From Podarcis gaigeae (taxonomy: Eukaryota): a stretch of DNA of 64,000 nt. Location: NCBI GenBank assembly GCA_964106915.2, contig OZ066914.1. One strand, written 5' to 3'. Every line of letters begins with the position of its first letter. The first letter of the stretch is position 1. Shown one piece after another: positions 25,427 to 39,376 of this stretch. Below the pieces are notes generated by a model. It was not told the DNA's origin. It searched no databases and worked only from the letters and a program-made list of their open reading frames with translations. The translations under genes and the position numbers were made by a program.

Positions 25427-28405
25427 AAACAGATATTAAAGTCCCCAAGCCTGTTGGAGGAAAGGCACTGACTGATTAAGGAGTCATTCATCAGCAAAGC
25501 CAAGGCTCATTAAAAAAACCATAAAGCAACTGGAGATTTAAACTACAAAGTGGAAGCTTCTAATTAAAGTCACATGGAATCTTTGCATAATAGGACTTAC
25601 TTCTGAGTAAATATCTTAGATATTTGGGACGTCATCATAGGGATGGGCATTGCAATTAATATAGTTAGTACCAGGTATAATTACCACTTTAATTCTGTTT
25701 CCAGCTAATTTCAGAAAGGCAGTACTTCAGCACCTTTAAATAAAACTAATATGGATGTAACCAAACATACAAATAAACCCCAATAACATTTAGTCATCAG
25801 AATATCATCCTTTTCTTGCCATTTTGCTGTACTATAAATACTCAGTTCTTCTTCACTGTATGAACCACACCACACCATTAGTAAAGCTGTCGCACTTTTC
25901 CCCATTGCACCTTCCCATAGCCCTTACAACTTGGCTACCAAGGATAACTTTGTCAAAGGTGGACTGTCCTTAATACCAAAGGGGATGTGTGACATATGAC
26001 ATTAAGGACTTATTTCAAGACTTTTAGAATACTGTATAACACCCTAGAAAGGAAAATTATTAGCTAAAAGGACGTAACATTGAAATCAAGCTAACAACAG
26101 GGCCTTTCATTCTCAAAAGTCATCTGTGCCACACAAACACTTCCCATCAGATGTTGTGATGGGGGTAATTCAGCACTGCAGGCTTGTTAGTAATTATTTC
26201 TCAGTGAGAATAATCAAAGGTGTTACCCCAATAAAAACAAGACAACTGCTGAGACTCTTAATGAGAATCAAAAAAGTTTAGGAAACACTGACCTAATTGG
26301 AATAGAATGCATAAAGCTCAAACTGGTTCCTGCCAACTCTGCAGTTCGCCAACACACTATGCAAACCAAGAGTTCAGGCAGAAGCCTATTCACACAATCA
26401 GCATGCTGCAGTTAACTGTACGATGCTAAAAATGGAAGTGAATTCTGACAATAATTGCCAGTAGTTCAGTGGAGTTCAATTGTAAACAACACCATATTAG
26501 CTGTCAGGTGGAAATTCTGCACATGACATTCCCAGGTGTGTAACCACAGATCTAGGGTAATAGATTTATTTAAAGGCGCGGGTTAGGATGATCATGTGGC
26601 TGAACTGATAAAGAGTGTGAAAACATTTTGTATGAATCACCTCTCTGAAACCAACCCCAAAGTGACACAGATATTTTGCATTCAGTCTCTTTGCACAACA
26701 TTCCACAGAAGAGGAATCCTTCCCCCACTCCATCAGAAACTTCAAAACTGGGTGTGGGGGCGGTATATAGGGAAAGAAGAGAGATGGCATAAGTAGCACA
26801 ATGTTTTGTGGCAGTCAGCCAATGGAAGAGAAATAAACTGTAATAAAATTAGAAGCATAGCATAAACACCCATTGCTTCTTTGAAATTCATTCCAAGACA
26901 AAGATGTTAACTTTGGCAATGCTTGGATAGCCATGCCATGCCAACAGAGATATCAAGATTGAGGCTGAACATAGTGGAATTGGTCCAGAGAGGGACTGAA
27001 GACAGCTGACGAAGAGGTGTGTGCTGGAGGAGAGAGGAAGGGAAAAAACAGTGGAGAGCAATGGAGGGGAGGAGAACAGCGGGAGGGGGTCAGAAGCAAA
27101 GAGGTATCAGTGAGACAGAAAGAGAAGTGCAAAAAAGAGTGGAGTGCTGAAACAGGCAGAGGAAAAAGACGTTTATATACATATATATCTCAACATGAAT
27201 GCCTGAGAACATTGCTTCCTTTCACCAGGTGTTATAATTTTGTTTACAATACTGTTTAAAAATAGCCCCTGATGCCGCCCAAGAGCTTTGGTCTCCTGCT
27301 TTTGGAGAAACCTCCCTGAGAATTTGTGCCCCCCTCCCCACATTCCTTCTTTCTTACTCCCTTCTTAGACATGCTTTTATTGCTTAGATTTAATACAAAT
27401 CTAGCCTGACAGCCCCCACAAGAATGAACCTGCCACCTTCCGAAATGGGGGGCAAGTCCTGTGGCTGCCACCCATCCACCCAAGACCCACAAGAAGTCTG
27501 CAGTGGCCCAGGTCATACCAGTTTTGCTTTTGTGCCCTTTTAAGGGAATAAAAAGTCAGGAAAAGCAGCAGGGCAAGGCACAAGGCTCCTTTCCCACCAT
27601 ACAAAGACTGGAGGCAAAGCTCTTTCCTGGACCGGGAGCTCTCTGCACAAACAAAGCTTTCGCATGAGCTTCTTCTCAAACCTGACAGCTGGACGGAGCA
27701 GTCCAAAGGACGTTTCTCTCTCCAAGTCTAATTCCAGTAGTAGGATAAAAAATCCTGGGATGAAAGATGTTACATTCACACACTCAACTCTGTAGCCCTC
27801 CAGGGTTCAGAGTTCAAGGTGGCTAAGAATAGGTAGGAAGGGGAGAGAAAAAGATGGCTTTATCCTGACTTGTCGAGACTCATTGTAGCATACCAGACAA
27901 CCAGAAAGGAATCGCCCAAAGATACACCAGACTCTCAGAGCAGCACAGGAAAGTCACTTCAAGTCTTCAGCTGGCAGAATTTTGCAGGAAGCCCAAAGAG
28001 AGGCAGGTTGTACTTTTCCACCAGGATGTGACCATTGCCCATATCTTGAGCAAGGGTCAAAAGGACTAGCATTTCAAAGATTTGATGTAAGGAAATGATC
28101 CATCATGAGAATATTTTTTCCTATGGTGCTTACAAGTTACCCATAGTGCATTACAGCTATATGGGCTAGGGTCAAGCATGGCTCCACATAGAAAAAAGAC
28201 AGCAAGCCTTCTGATGAGTTGCTGTCATGTGTTCTTTACAAGGGATCACCAAGGTCCCATCAACCTGCCTCAGAGATAGTGGCTCCTCCTGAGCCTAGTG
28301 CATGCCCAGCTCCTAATACCCTGTCAAGCAGTAGAGCCAAAAGCCTACCAACATCCATCAGATTTTTATTTTTACAGCAGCAGCCATATTAATTGTTGTA
28401 GCCTT

Positions 28406-30475
<2,070 letters not shown>

Positions 30476-30480
<5 letters not shown>

Positions 30481-30600
30481 GCGTAGCCAGGATTTATTAG
30501 GGGGAGCAGGCTTTATGCTAGTGCGGGGAGCAGAGTTATCTGCGATGCAATTGGTATTTTTATTATCAGCTGCAGCTGCGCCCCCCTGGCTACGCCCATG
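30476..30600. mobile_element. Short hAT-type MITE
   Basis: Perfect 16-bp TIR CATGGGCGTAGCCAGG; 8-bp TSD GGACGAGG / TGACGAGG. Confidence 0.85.
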
Positions 30601-30632
30601 TGACGAGGGGCTGCAAAAGGGCGGGAGTGGGA

Positions 30633-30674
30633 AGCAGCAGCAGCAACAGCAACAACAACCACCACCACCACCAC
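30633..30674. repeat. Compound (CAG)/(CAA)/(CAC) trinucleotide repeat
   Basis: Direct reading. Confidence 0.85.
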
Positions 30675-32237
30675 AGTGAGGACGACGATCGATTTCCCCT
30701 CAGCACCCAAAGTCCACACTGCAAAGCGAAAAGGCTTCCCAGTAATCTTGTTGCCACAGATTCCCTAGAGAGAAGGCGCACACGAGTGTTACTACTGCAG
30801 GGTAGCATCTGCTGGTTGGAAACTAACAGCACCCAGTCACATGGGAGCAAGCCCCATTGTGTCCACTGAGGCTTACTTTTGAGTAAGCAGACTTATCAGA
30901 CTTACTCTTTTTCAAAGAGCATGATCCTTGTGGCAACTGAAAGATTGCTCTCCACATTTTACAGCTGAGAAACTGAGGGCCCATTGTCACAGCTGCTTGC
31001 TGGATGGTATCCACGGCCTGCAGTGATTTGCAGCTGTGGTGCCATGTGCTGAAATTGTGGTGCAAAAGCCACAAGAGTAGATGCAGAACTCCGCATGAGC
31101 TGGTTTTTAAGGCACTGCTGGCAAAAGTAGCTTTTTGCGTACTTCAACAATCTATAAAAAGCGAATCCACACAGACTTCTTGTGCGCATTTGGCACTGAT
31201 TGTCGTATTGCGTCAGTTCGTCGCATCTGCTGCTGGAAGTCAATGCAACAAATACATTATCAGGTTAGGAGGCAAACCATTAAAAAGTACAACAGTTGTA
31301 TGAAGACTCTGGCCTCTGGTTATATAAAATCAGTGTTTAGTATAGAAAACACTATATTTAATTCAGTTAACACACGGAAGTAAGTCTGTGAACGAAGAGC
31401 TAAACATTTACATTCAGGCAGCCGAAGGCTGGCTAAGTTAGGGGAACTTGCTTCAGGAATCTTGGTGACTTCAAATTTCTAAACTGCCACATAGAACTGA
31501 TTATGTGTGAAAAGAATCCCTATGCATAGACTGTTCAAAATAATAAAGATTTGCTCCCTTACATGCCACTGGTTTCTAATCTGGTGCATAGACTAGCAAA
31601 GCACCCAAAATCTACACCCTAAATCAGCCTTCTGCCCTTGAAGTAAACTAAGATACAGAATCACTCATATCAAAGAGGATGTTTAAACATGAGTTATAGG
31701 AGTAAATATGTGGCCATAGCCACATTGTGTAGAAAAGAATTCCTGCACCTGCCTAAAATGCATAAATTACAAATCCCATCCATAAAATTGAGGCTAGCAT
31801 TTATGATAAATGCACATTCAGAGGATGAGAAAAATAAGGCTCTTTCAGATCCTGGTCTAGCTCCCATAAAAATGAGCAGTTGTTTTTCCATTAGCTTTAT
31901 TTGCAGGCACATCAGAACCTCAGAGTTCTATACACAGAGTTTGCTTAGCACACAGTCAGAGCAGTACTTCCTTATTCCCCATGAACTATATTAATGTATC
32001 CCCTTTGGTAGGCTTGTTATTTCAGTACCAACTCCCCCTCAGTCATATATCTATATATCTCCATCGTCATGAGTGACACTCGCTCTGAATTATTCTCACT
32101 CCAGATGGTTGTAAAGGTGATGGGGATTCTTTTTCCAGAGCTATATGCAGACTTCTCTGCCTTCTGCAGACATAGTTACCAGCTGATGTTGCAAATCTGA
32201 TCCATATATTCATACCCATTTTAAACTTCCCTCTAGA

Positions 32238-32418
32238 GTCCATGGCTAAGTGGTAGAGCATCTGTTTTGCATGGCAAGGATCCCAGGTTAAATTGCCAGC
32301 ATCTCCAGATGAGGCTGGGAGATACTTCTACCTGCAACCATGGAGAGCTGCCACCAGTCCGTGTAGACACTATTGAGCTAGATGGACCAAGTGTAAGGCA
32401 GCTTCTATATTTCCTATG
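32238..32418 (+). mobile_element. tRNA-derived SINE (Squam3-like)
   Basis: tRNA-like head (gctaagtggtagagca...ccaggttaaatt) and body gagagctgccaccagtccgtgtagacactattgagctagatggacc. Degenerate relatives near 19130-19290 and 55030-55250. Confidence 0.65.
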
Positions 32419-35400
32419 TATAGCTAACCATGAAGTAGTAGCCCATTTTTTAGGAAATTGCCACCATTGTCATCCAGTACACCACATACAGTGGAATGGG
32501 AAACCGTTTTGGCCCAGTGTGTCCAGATCTGTATCTCTGCCTGCCCCTCCCCCTTGCGTGCGCGCACACACACACACAGCAGCTGCAGCAGCATATGTTA
32601 TATAGGCTTCTACAAATGTGGAAGACACTCCTCCCCACCCACCCACAAGTGTGTAGAACAAAACACAATTTGGGAAAAGAACACCCTACTCAAAGTTGAA
32701 GACAAGAAACAGCATGGGCTGCCTATCTTCAGAAAATGCAACTAATCCATCTGGGGAAATATAAACACAGATATTCAGTGGGAGGGAGAGAGCAGAGAGG
32801 GAGGCTCAGGCCGCACATTAGATATGTAAGAGAACAGCCTAGAAGAGAGTGCAGTTCTGCAGGGTGTACACAAAGATGAAGATGTCAGGGTTATGAAAGA
32901 GGGAGGAGATGATCCTCGTGTACAGGACTCTTCTAGTCATGTGCTGGCTGACAAGTGAGAGGATGACGTTGAAAGCAAAACAAAACCCAAGCCCAGAAAT
33001 GATCAAATAGCAGAAGGAAATCGTTTTTAAAGGCGAGCTTCTAATGGAGTTAGCCCTACATAGCTTCACTAGGCAAGGAAAGAGGTGGCATCAGATAACA
33101 ATCTAAAAATTTCAAAGAAGTTAAACTATGGATGGCTGGGAGAAAGTTTTGGAGCAAAAAGTTAAAAGTAAGGAAACATTTTATTGGCACTCAGAGGCAT
33201 CAGGCTAATGAAAACCTTTGCTTGCAATATTACAGTCACACCATGAGGCCACAGAGAGAACCCGATAGTACCCTTAATGAACTAAGGATTTAAATTAAAT
33301 TGCTTTTTTACTGCTTTCTTTTCCCATCCCAAAAGCTGTCCTAAAAGCTATAATCATGCTAGCTGTTTAACTCTATATACACACATGCAAAAACCAGCTA
33401 TTATTCCTTTTGCCCCATTTTGGAATCATCTTGGCTTGCATTAAACTCTTTCATTATCAAGCAACAAATGCATTCCATGCACCAACTAAGTTCAAGGAGA
33501 GTTCTACCTAGGTCCTAGGACAACAACATGCTGAGGTGTGTATGTGGCAGAACCATCTCAGTTTCCTCCTAGTTTGAAGAAGAGATCAGACATGCTGTCA
33601 CATTCCAAGGCACAATGAGAAACTGATCTGATGCCAGATATCATTACGCTGAGCTTAAAGCTGCAACGTGTGTGGTACATTTGAGAGAAGTATTTCTTTT
33701 CAGTGTTGGAGCAGCCTGTGCCACCAGCTCATGAAACATTGACTAGGAGTGAAAACTCATCCACAGAGAGAAATGTGAGAAATGGAAAAAGGAAAGCAGT
33801 ACACTGTGACTCCTATTAATACTGGGCAGAAAACTGAGAACCAGAGCAGAAATGGTGTGCATTGCACCTGAAGGAAAAGAGAAATCAAGGTGTCAGTTCC
33901 ATGCTGAAAAGGGGAAGGGAGACTGCGTTCATGTAACAGTGAGGGGGGGGGAGGGTACAGAGTGTGTGTGTTGTCTTTACTATTCCTGGCCACAGGAGAA
34001 ATATGCTTTTCATATGGGTCACACAATTAAAGGATACAGGGAATTCCAGCTCTGCATGCACCTCCCACTACTTCACACCATACAATGCTCCCCAACTGTG
34101 TGAATGTTTATTGCACAATGCATGAAAGAAGCTGTACCCTACTAGCTATGTAGGTGGGTGAATTTGTGTTTCACAGTATAAGGACATATGGGAACCCATA
34201 CTATATGGTGTTATATCACACCCTGCAGGGGACAAAAGATCCTACTGTTTCAGTGTTCTGTGTGTGTGTTTCTAACTCTATACCACGATCAGAAAGATAA
34301 AATATATTTGCTGCCACAAGGCAAATGTTAACTAGCATACTGAGAACAACATGCTGGTGGTACTGGTATGGGGACATTGTACCAGATACAGCATGAAACG
34401 AGTCTGATTGCAGTCTCAGCAGAGTGACACACAACCTTTATTATACTACAGTTTTTGGGAACTGAAGAAATCCAGTGTACACATAGCAGAGTTGTTGGAA
34501 GAGTGCAACAGAAAGATGTCCTAGATGTATATGAAGGAGATATTTGTGCTTTTGCAACACAAGACATTGTGTTTCAAGGTCACAGCATTCACCCACCCAT
34601 TGTATTAGTGGAATATTTATACCATATACTAATCCTAGGAAAGACAAGTGTGGAGAAGTTTAGAAGTTGAAGAATAAATGTAGTTCCTGGTTCAGAGCAT
34701 GCATCTGTTTTGGTCTGCCTTACATCTGGCACCTGCACATGAGGCCTCACTGTGATCATTCCACCCCAACCCTTCTGTTTCTTCAATCTTCACCAGATTA
34801 TTCATGGAAGTCATATCCATCTCTGCTTCCAGGGGTCTTTCTATATCCATTTAGATGCTGTGCCAGTTCCATTAAACATACCAGCAATATATTGTTTGAA
34901 TTTATTTAAAACTATACAACCTTTAACAGTAAAATATGAATGATGTGACAGTGCTATCACTGTTGCTCCTTTCTTAGCATGCGGGATATTGTTCTGAGGC
35001 CCAAAGATGTCAGTGTGGGGTCCAGTTTGGAACAGAGGCTGTAAAGAGGCAGAAAGACTAAAATCAATCACTAACCTTAGTCTAAGCTTTAATGTTAGAC
35101 TAACGTGTGTGTGTGTGTAAACGGCATAGAGGTTTTAGATACAATCAAGCAATATACCAGTTTTGTTGAATAAATAGCCTTAACAGGAAGGAAGGTTAAT
35201 GTTGAAAGGCAGAGAGAATGGAAGTGAAAAATGTCCGCATTTGTCTTCCCCAGCAAAAATAACCCATGGCAAATTTCCAGGACATTTCTGTGTATGGAAA
35301 AGTGCAGTTGGTTCTATGAAATTTTACTTTTCAGAGGAGAAAAAAAGCGCTGGAGTTGTCTGTATGTATTCCTGGAATTCATCCATAAAACCGTAGGTGT

Positions 35401-35856
35401 TTCCAGTCTGTCACTATTTTCAGGTGGGATCCAATCATATACCAGAAAATTCAGATTGCATGCATATAGTTGATTGGGAGGTCTTGCACAAGAAACCTGC
35501 TTCCCCAAAACATCAGACATTTTACAATAAGAAAAGTGATGAGGGGAAATGTTCTGGAAACTGGGATAACAGTTGCTTGGATGCAATGTCATCTAACCTC
35601 TCCATGAACACCAGAGTGAAAGCTCATTAAATAACTAATGTTTACTAATCTCCCTGCAAACAAATCAGAATGAGTGCCCAATAAAAAGGCCGTCTGGTTT
35701 GATTAAACCTGAGACGCTCTAGACTCCAGTTTCCAAACAGTGGCCAAATTAAAACAGCATAATACACAATATTGCCCTTTTGACTCTGCAGGTACCTCTC
35801 AGCTGCTTGATACTGCCAGCCTACTGTCCAATGATGCAATGGGTTATGTCACTTAC

Positions 35857-35944
35857 TTAGTTGGGCACAGTCGTCTGATGGAGAGCAGCAAAGCGGCGGT
35901 CATGGGGAGAATCACGATAGAATGGATCAACTGTTGTAATTGTC
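35857..35944 (-). CDS. PPP1R32: PPP1R32/SAXO4 coding exon 12 (last; R-TITTVDPFYRDSPHDRRFAALHQTTVPN*)
   Basis: tttcag acceptor; phase consistent; matches human RTLTSADPFY. Confidence 0.88.
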
Positions 35945-36067
35945 CTGAAATGTAGGAGGAGAAAGAATTACAAAAGAAAGGTCAGTTGGGGAAAACAGGG
36001 GATTGAAAGAGGAATCATACAGTAAAGGAAGGTCAGAGAAGAAGAGCTACAACAAATCCAAGATTAC

Positions 36068-36232
36068 CTGCCAACATGAGGATGGATTGTCCTCAAGGTC
36101 TCTGTGGCATTGGGGTCAGTGCCTAAGTCAGTGGCATGGTTGTTAGTAGCAAAACCACCAGGCTGCTGTGGCTGGATCCCTCCTCGTGTCCAGCCTTCCC
36201 TATCCACTCCCTTTGGAATGTTTTCATAAAAC
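36068..36232 (-). CDS. PPP1R32: PPP1R32/SAXO4 coding exon 11
   Basis: FYENIPKGVDREGWTRGGIQPQQPGG...HPHVG; AG/GT boundaries. Confidence 0.95.
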
Positions 36233-36501
36233 CTGATTGAGAGAAAGGATGAATTATTCCACGTGTAGTTGAACTCACCTGCTGCCTCCATTCTCCCTCA
36301 AACAAAATCAGGTGTGTGTATATATCCTGCAAACAATGCACTTCTACAAGTATCTGTTTCAGTACACGCCATCCACACAAACAGGCCCAACAGCGGCACA
36401 AACCTTTGCTGTTCCAGTACTCCCACAATGCACTCTCTAAAGCCACTGCATGAAAAATACCTGAAGGATAAAGGACCTGCAAGGCTTTTATGCAGATAGG
36501 A

Positions 36502-36836
36502 CAGGGGTCAGCAAACTTACCGTGCCTCGGGCCAGTGTCTCCAGCGCTGATCACGCGGCAAGCGGGGGAGCGCGTGCACACATGCTATTTCCAGCGCACT
36601 TCCAGGTTGGAGGAGCACCGGAAATAGCTTGTGTGCATGTGCATGGGCCTCCTCCAACCTGGAAGTGCTCTGGAAATAACGCGCATGCGCACAAGTTATT
36701 TCTGGTGCTCCAACCCGGAAGTGGGCAGCCACGCAGCACAGCGCCGGTAAGAGTGGACAGCAGGGGTCACCGCCGGCCGGATAAACGAGTCCCTCAGGCC
36801 TTATCCGGCCCGCGGGCCTTAGTTTGGGGACCCCTG
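36502..36836. mobile_element. Young hAT-type MITE with internal inverted repeats
   Basis: TIRs CAGGGGTCAGCAAACT / AGTTTGGGGACCCCTG; perfect 8-bp TSD AGATAGGA; CpGs retained. Confidence 0.92.
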
Positions 36837-36925
36837 AGATAGGAAGATGGTACCTTAACAACAAGACATAGCCTATCTTGTTGTTACTTCTCCCAACACA
36901 GGTGGCCAACCAGTGTTAAACTTAC

Positions 36926-37020
36926 TTGGAGTTATAGCTAGTCAGGAATCTGTTGGGCAGATCTGGATCATGTGCAGGTGTCACATATTTAAGGTTATTG
37001 AGGCTGAATCCTGATGGTTC
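36926..37020 (-). CDS. PPP1R32: PPP1R32/SAXO4 coding exon 10
   Basis: EPSGFSLNNLKYVTPAHDPDLPNRFLTSYNS; cag/gtaagt boundaries. Confidence 0.93.
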
Positions 37021-37130
37021 CTGCATAGAGAGGTCCATGAAAAGAGTAAGGGTCTAGTACCATAGGAGCAGAGCAAAGTGCCCAACAGATTATGAAGACG
37101 TAAGGCCTTAAGACTGTAGTTCAGGCATAC

Positions 37131-37247
37131 CTTGTGACCCACTTGTTCCCGACCTAGAAGATTGTTCTGTGTCTGAGGTTGATGCTGAAGCCCTTGGAAC
37201 TGAGAGTGGCTCAGGGGACCTGGTGCCTCTACATCTGGTGGAACCGT
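37131..37247 (-). CDS. PPP1R32: PPP1R32/SAXO4 coding exon 9
   Basis: TVPPDVEAPGPLSHSQFQGLQHQPQTQNNLLGREQVGHK; cag/gtatgc boundaries. Confidence 0.9.
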
Positions 37248-37875
37248 CTGTGGAGATTGAAGGTCATGAGTGAAGGAACCATTGTGGGCAGTGGAGGCTG
37301 GTCCATTAAGGCCCCACCAACCTTGCCTGCCTCCTCACAATCAGTCCATGGGGAGGCAATGACTGTCAGCTTCTTCCTCCTTTGTCTCAGCTTGCCTGTC
37401 ATTGGCTCTTGACTACCGCCTACTGTTGGCCTCCTGGCCTTCCTCCCCACCAATCCCAACATGCCCCAGCCACCACAGGTTGTAGGAGTTACTGAAGAAA
37501 GGGAGGCAACAAGGAAGACTGGGATCAAAATGAGGAAGGTTCTGTGAGTAAGATAGCCCACGGATGGTAGTAAGAGGAACAAGCAGAGACTCAGGAGAGG
37601 CTTCTGTTTGCGGACTCTGGCAGTGGAAGACAAATCCCAGAGAAAGCAAGAAAAGGGCCTAAAGAACAAAGACAGGTAGAAAAATAGGTCACGGCGGGCA
37701 AAGATACATGAAAATGTAGATGAAAGGAAATAAGAGGTGCTGGCAGGGAAAGAGTGGCAGAGACTTCTAGAGAGAGCAGTGAAGGGAGATTGTGTAAGTA
37801 GGGAAAGCAGTTGGCAGAGGGAATGTACTAAAAGAAGCAGGACAGGTCTTCTGGTGATAAGGGAGTGTCACTTAC

Positions 37876-37956
37876 TGGGGTACGGCCAAGATTCTGCCGA
37901 CTGAATCCAGATCCCCTCTCAGAACCCTTTGACAGGACTGGTAGGAACTCATCACC
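37876..37956 (-). CDS. PPP1R32: PPP1R32/SAXO4 coding exon 8
   Basis: GDEFLPVLSKGSERGSGFSRQNLGRTP; cag/gtaagt boundaries. Confidence 0.93.
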
Positions 37957-38124
37957 CTGTCGGGAGGGGGACATATTAACGGTGAGTACATCACAGGCAA
38001 ACAGCCAACAAAAGGAAATACAGGAAGGGGAAAATGGCACTTTTGCCTGCCGGCAAAGCACATCCCTTCAACTGTTTTTACAGGTCTCCACCAGTAACAA
38101 CCCTATTACAAATGGTCTCCTTAC

Positions 38125-38184
38125 ATGTGGAAAGGAAGATGGCAGATAATCTGTCTTGGTAATGCTGACTCCTGGAGCGCTGCT
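38125..38184 (-). CDS. PPP1R32: PPP1R32/SAXO4 coding exon 7
   Basis: SSAPGVSITKTDYLPSSFPH; cag/gtaagg boundaries. Confidence 0.9.
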
Positions 38185-38819
38185 CTGCAAAGCAGAAGAC
38201 AAGTACTGAGACTCAGAGAGAGGAAAGTAGACAAAAGGAAGCACCAGTTCCATTACAGCTTCTACTTGGGAGCAGGCAAGCTTGTCTTAGGAGCAACTAG
38301 TTCAGCCTTCCAAGATACTGTGCTGGTTGGGACTGGTAGGAGTTTTTATCCAAAGCACCTGGAAGGCACCAGGTTGGGAAGGGTGGTATTTTGTCCTTAA
38401 TTGCATGGAATCATATTCCTGCTATAGTGAAACTGCAAGGACCTATGGGCTGCACTTGAACATTCGTGGCTAAATGTACAGAGAAATCAGATTTGCTTTT
38501 GCCTTTAACCTCTCTTAAAAGCAAAGTACCCACAGACCAAAACTCAGGTACAGGAAAAGTGGAACCTGTAACAAAATATTGCAGGGTAGAATGCTCTTGT
38601 TCTGGGTTCTTACTAGCCAATAATCCCCTTCTCCAGGACACTTCGTTCCATTCCTCCCACCCTCAACAGCAACCATTCAATGCCCACTGAGCACGCTCAG
38701 TCTTCTTGGTGCCTTTAGGTTTCTGGAAAACCTGGAAGTTCTTACAAGCCTGCGAGTACCTCTTTTGGGTATGTGCTTGGTGCCTTTTTGGCTGCATAAT
38801 AATAGGCACTATCACATCA

Positions 38820-39130
38820 TATGAATATATGAAGAGCCCTGCTGGATCAGGTCAACAGCCCATCTAGTAGGACATTCACGTTCTCACAGTGGCCAGCCAG
38901 CAGCCTGTGGGGAGCTCACAAGAAGGACATGAGTGCAATAGCACTCTTCCCACCAGTGATTTCTAGCAACAGGCATTCAGAGGCATACTGCCCCCAACAG
39001 CGGAGGTAGAAAAAAGCCATTGTGGTTAGTAGCCACTTATAGCCCCATCCTCTTTGAATTTGCCTAGCCTTTTCAAGCCATCCACGTTTGTGCCCATCGC
39101 TACTTCTCATGGGGGCAAATTCCTTAGTAA
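38820..39130 (-). mobile_element. CR1-type LINE 3' remnant
   Basis: gccctgctggatcagg..gcccatctagt terminus. Related copies near 40440-40640, 44400-44720 and 53810-54060. Confidence 0.6.
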
Positions 39131-39269
39131 GTGAGGAGCTCAAGGGTCAGGAGAGATCGATCCACTGTTCCAACTAACAAGCAACTTGACTAGAGTAGGA
39201 GCACCACATTCCACTGGGCTCTGCAGGTTAATGCTTAATGTGACCCACGGCGAGAACAGCAGCATATAC

Positions 39270-39376
39270 AGAGTTTACTGGAGAAACCTGAGATTTGTCC
39301 ATAATGGGGTTTGCCAGGCAGCCTTCAGTAAAACCAGTCTCTTCTTTGGCTCCAATTGTTTTCTTCTGCAGAAAAT
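39270..39376 (-). CDS. PPP1R32: PPP1R32/SAXO4 coding exon 6 (3' donor ambiguous)
   Basis: D-FLQKKTIGAKEETGFTEG...; acceptor is clear; four weak in-frame GT donors are possible. Confidence 0.82.

Noticed and set aside
32238-32310. tRNA-like sequence
   Set aside because: Head of a SINE; no intact cloverleaf.
32839-33069. Hydrophobic 76-aa ORF (similar case at 40225-40410)
   Set aside because: No ATG/Kozak or splice support and no recognised homology.
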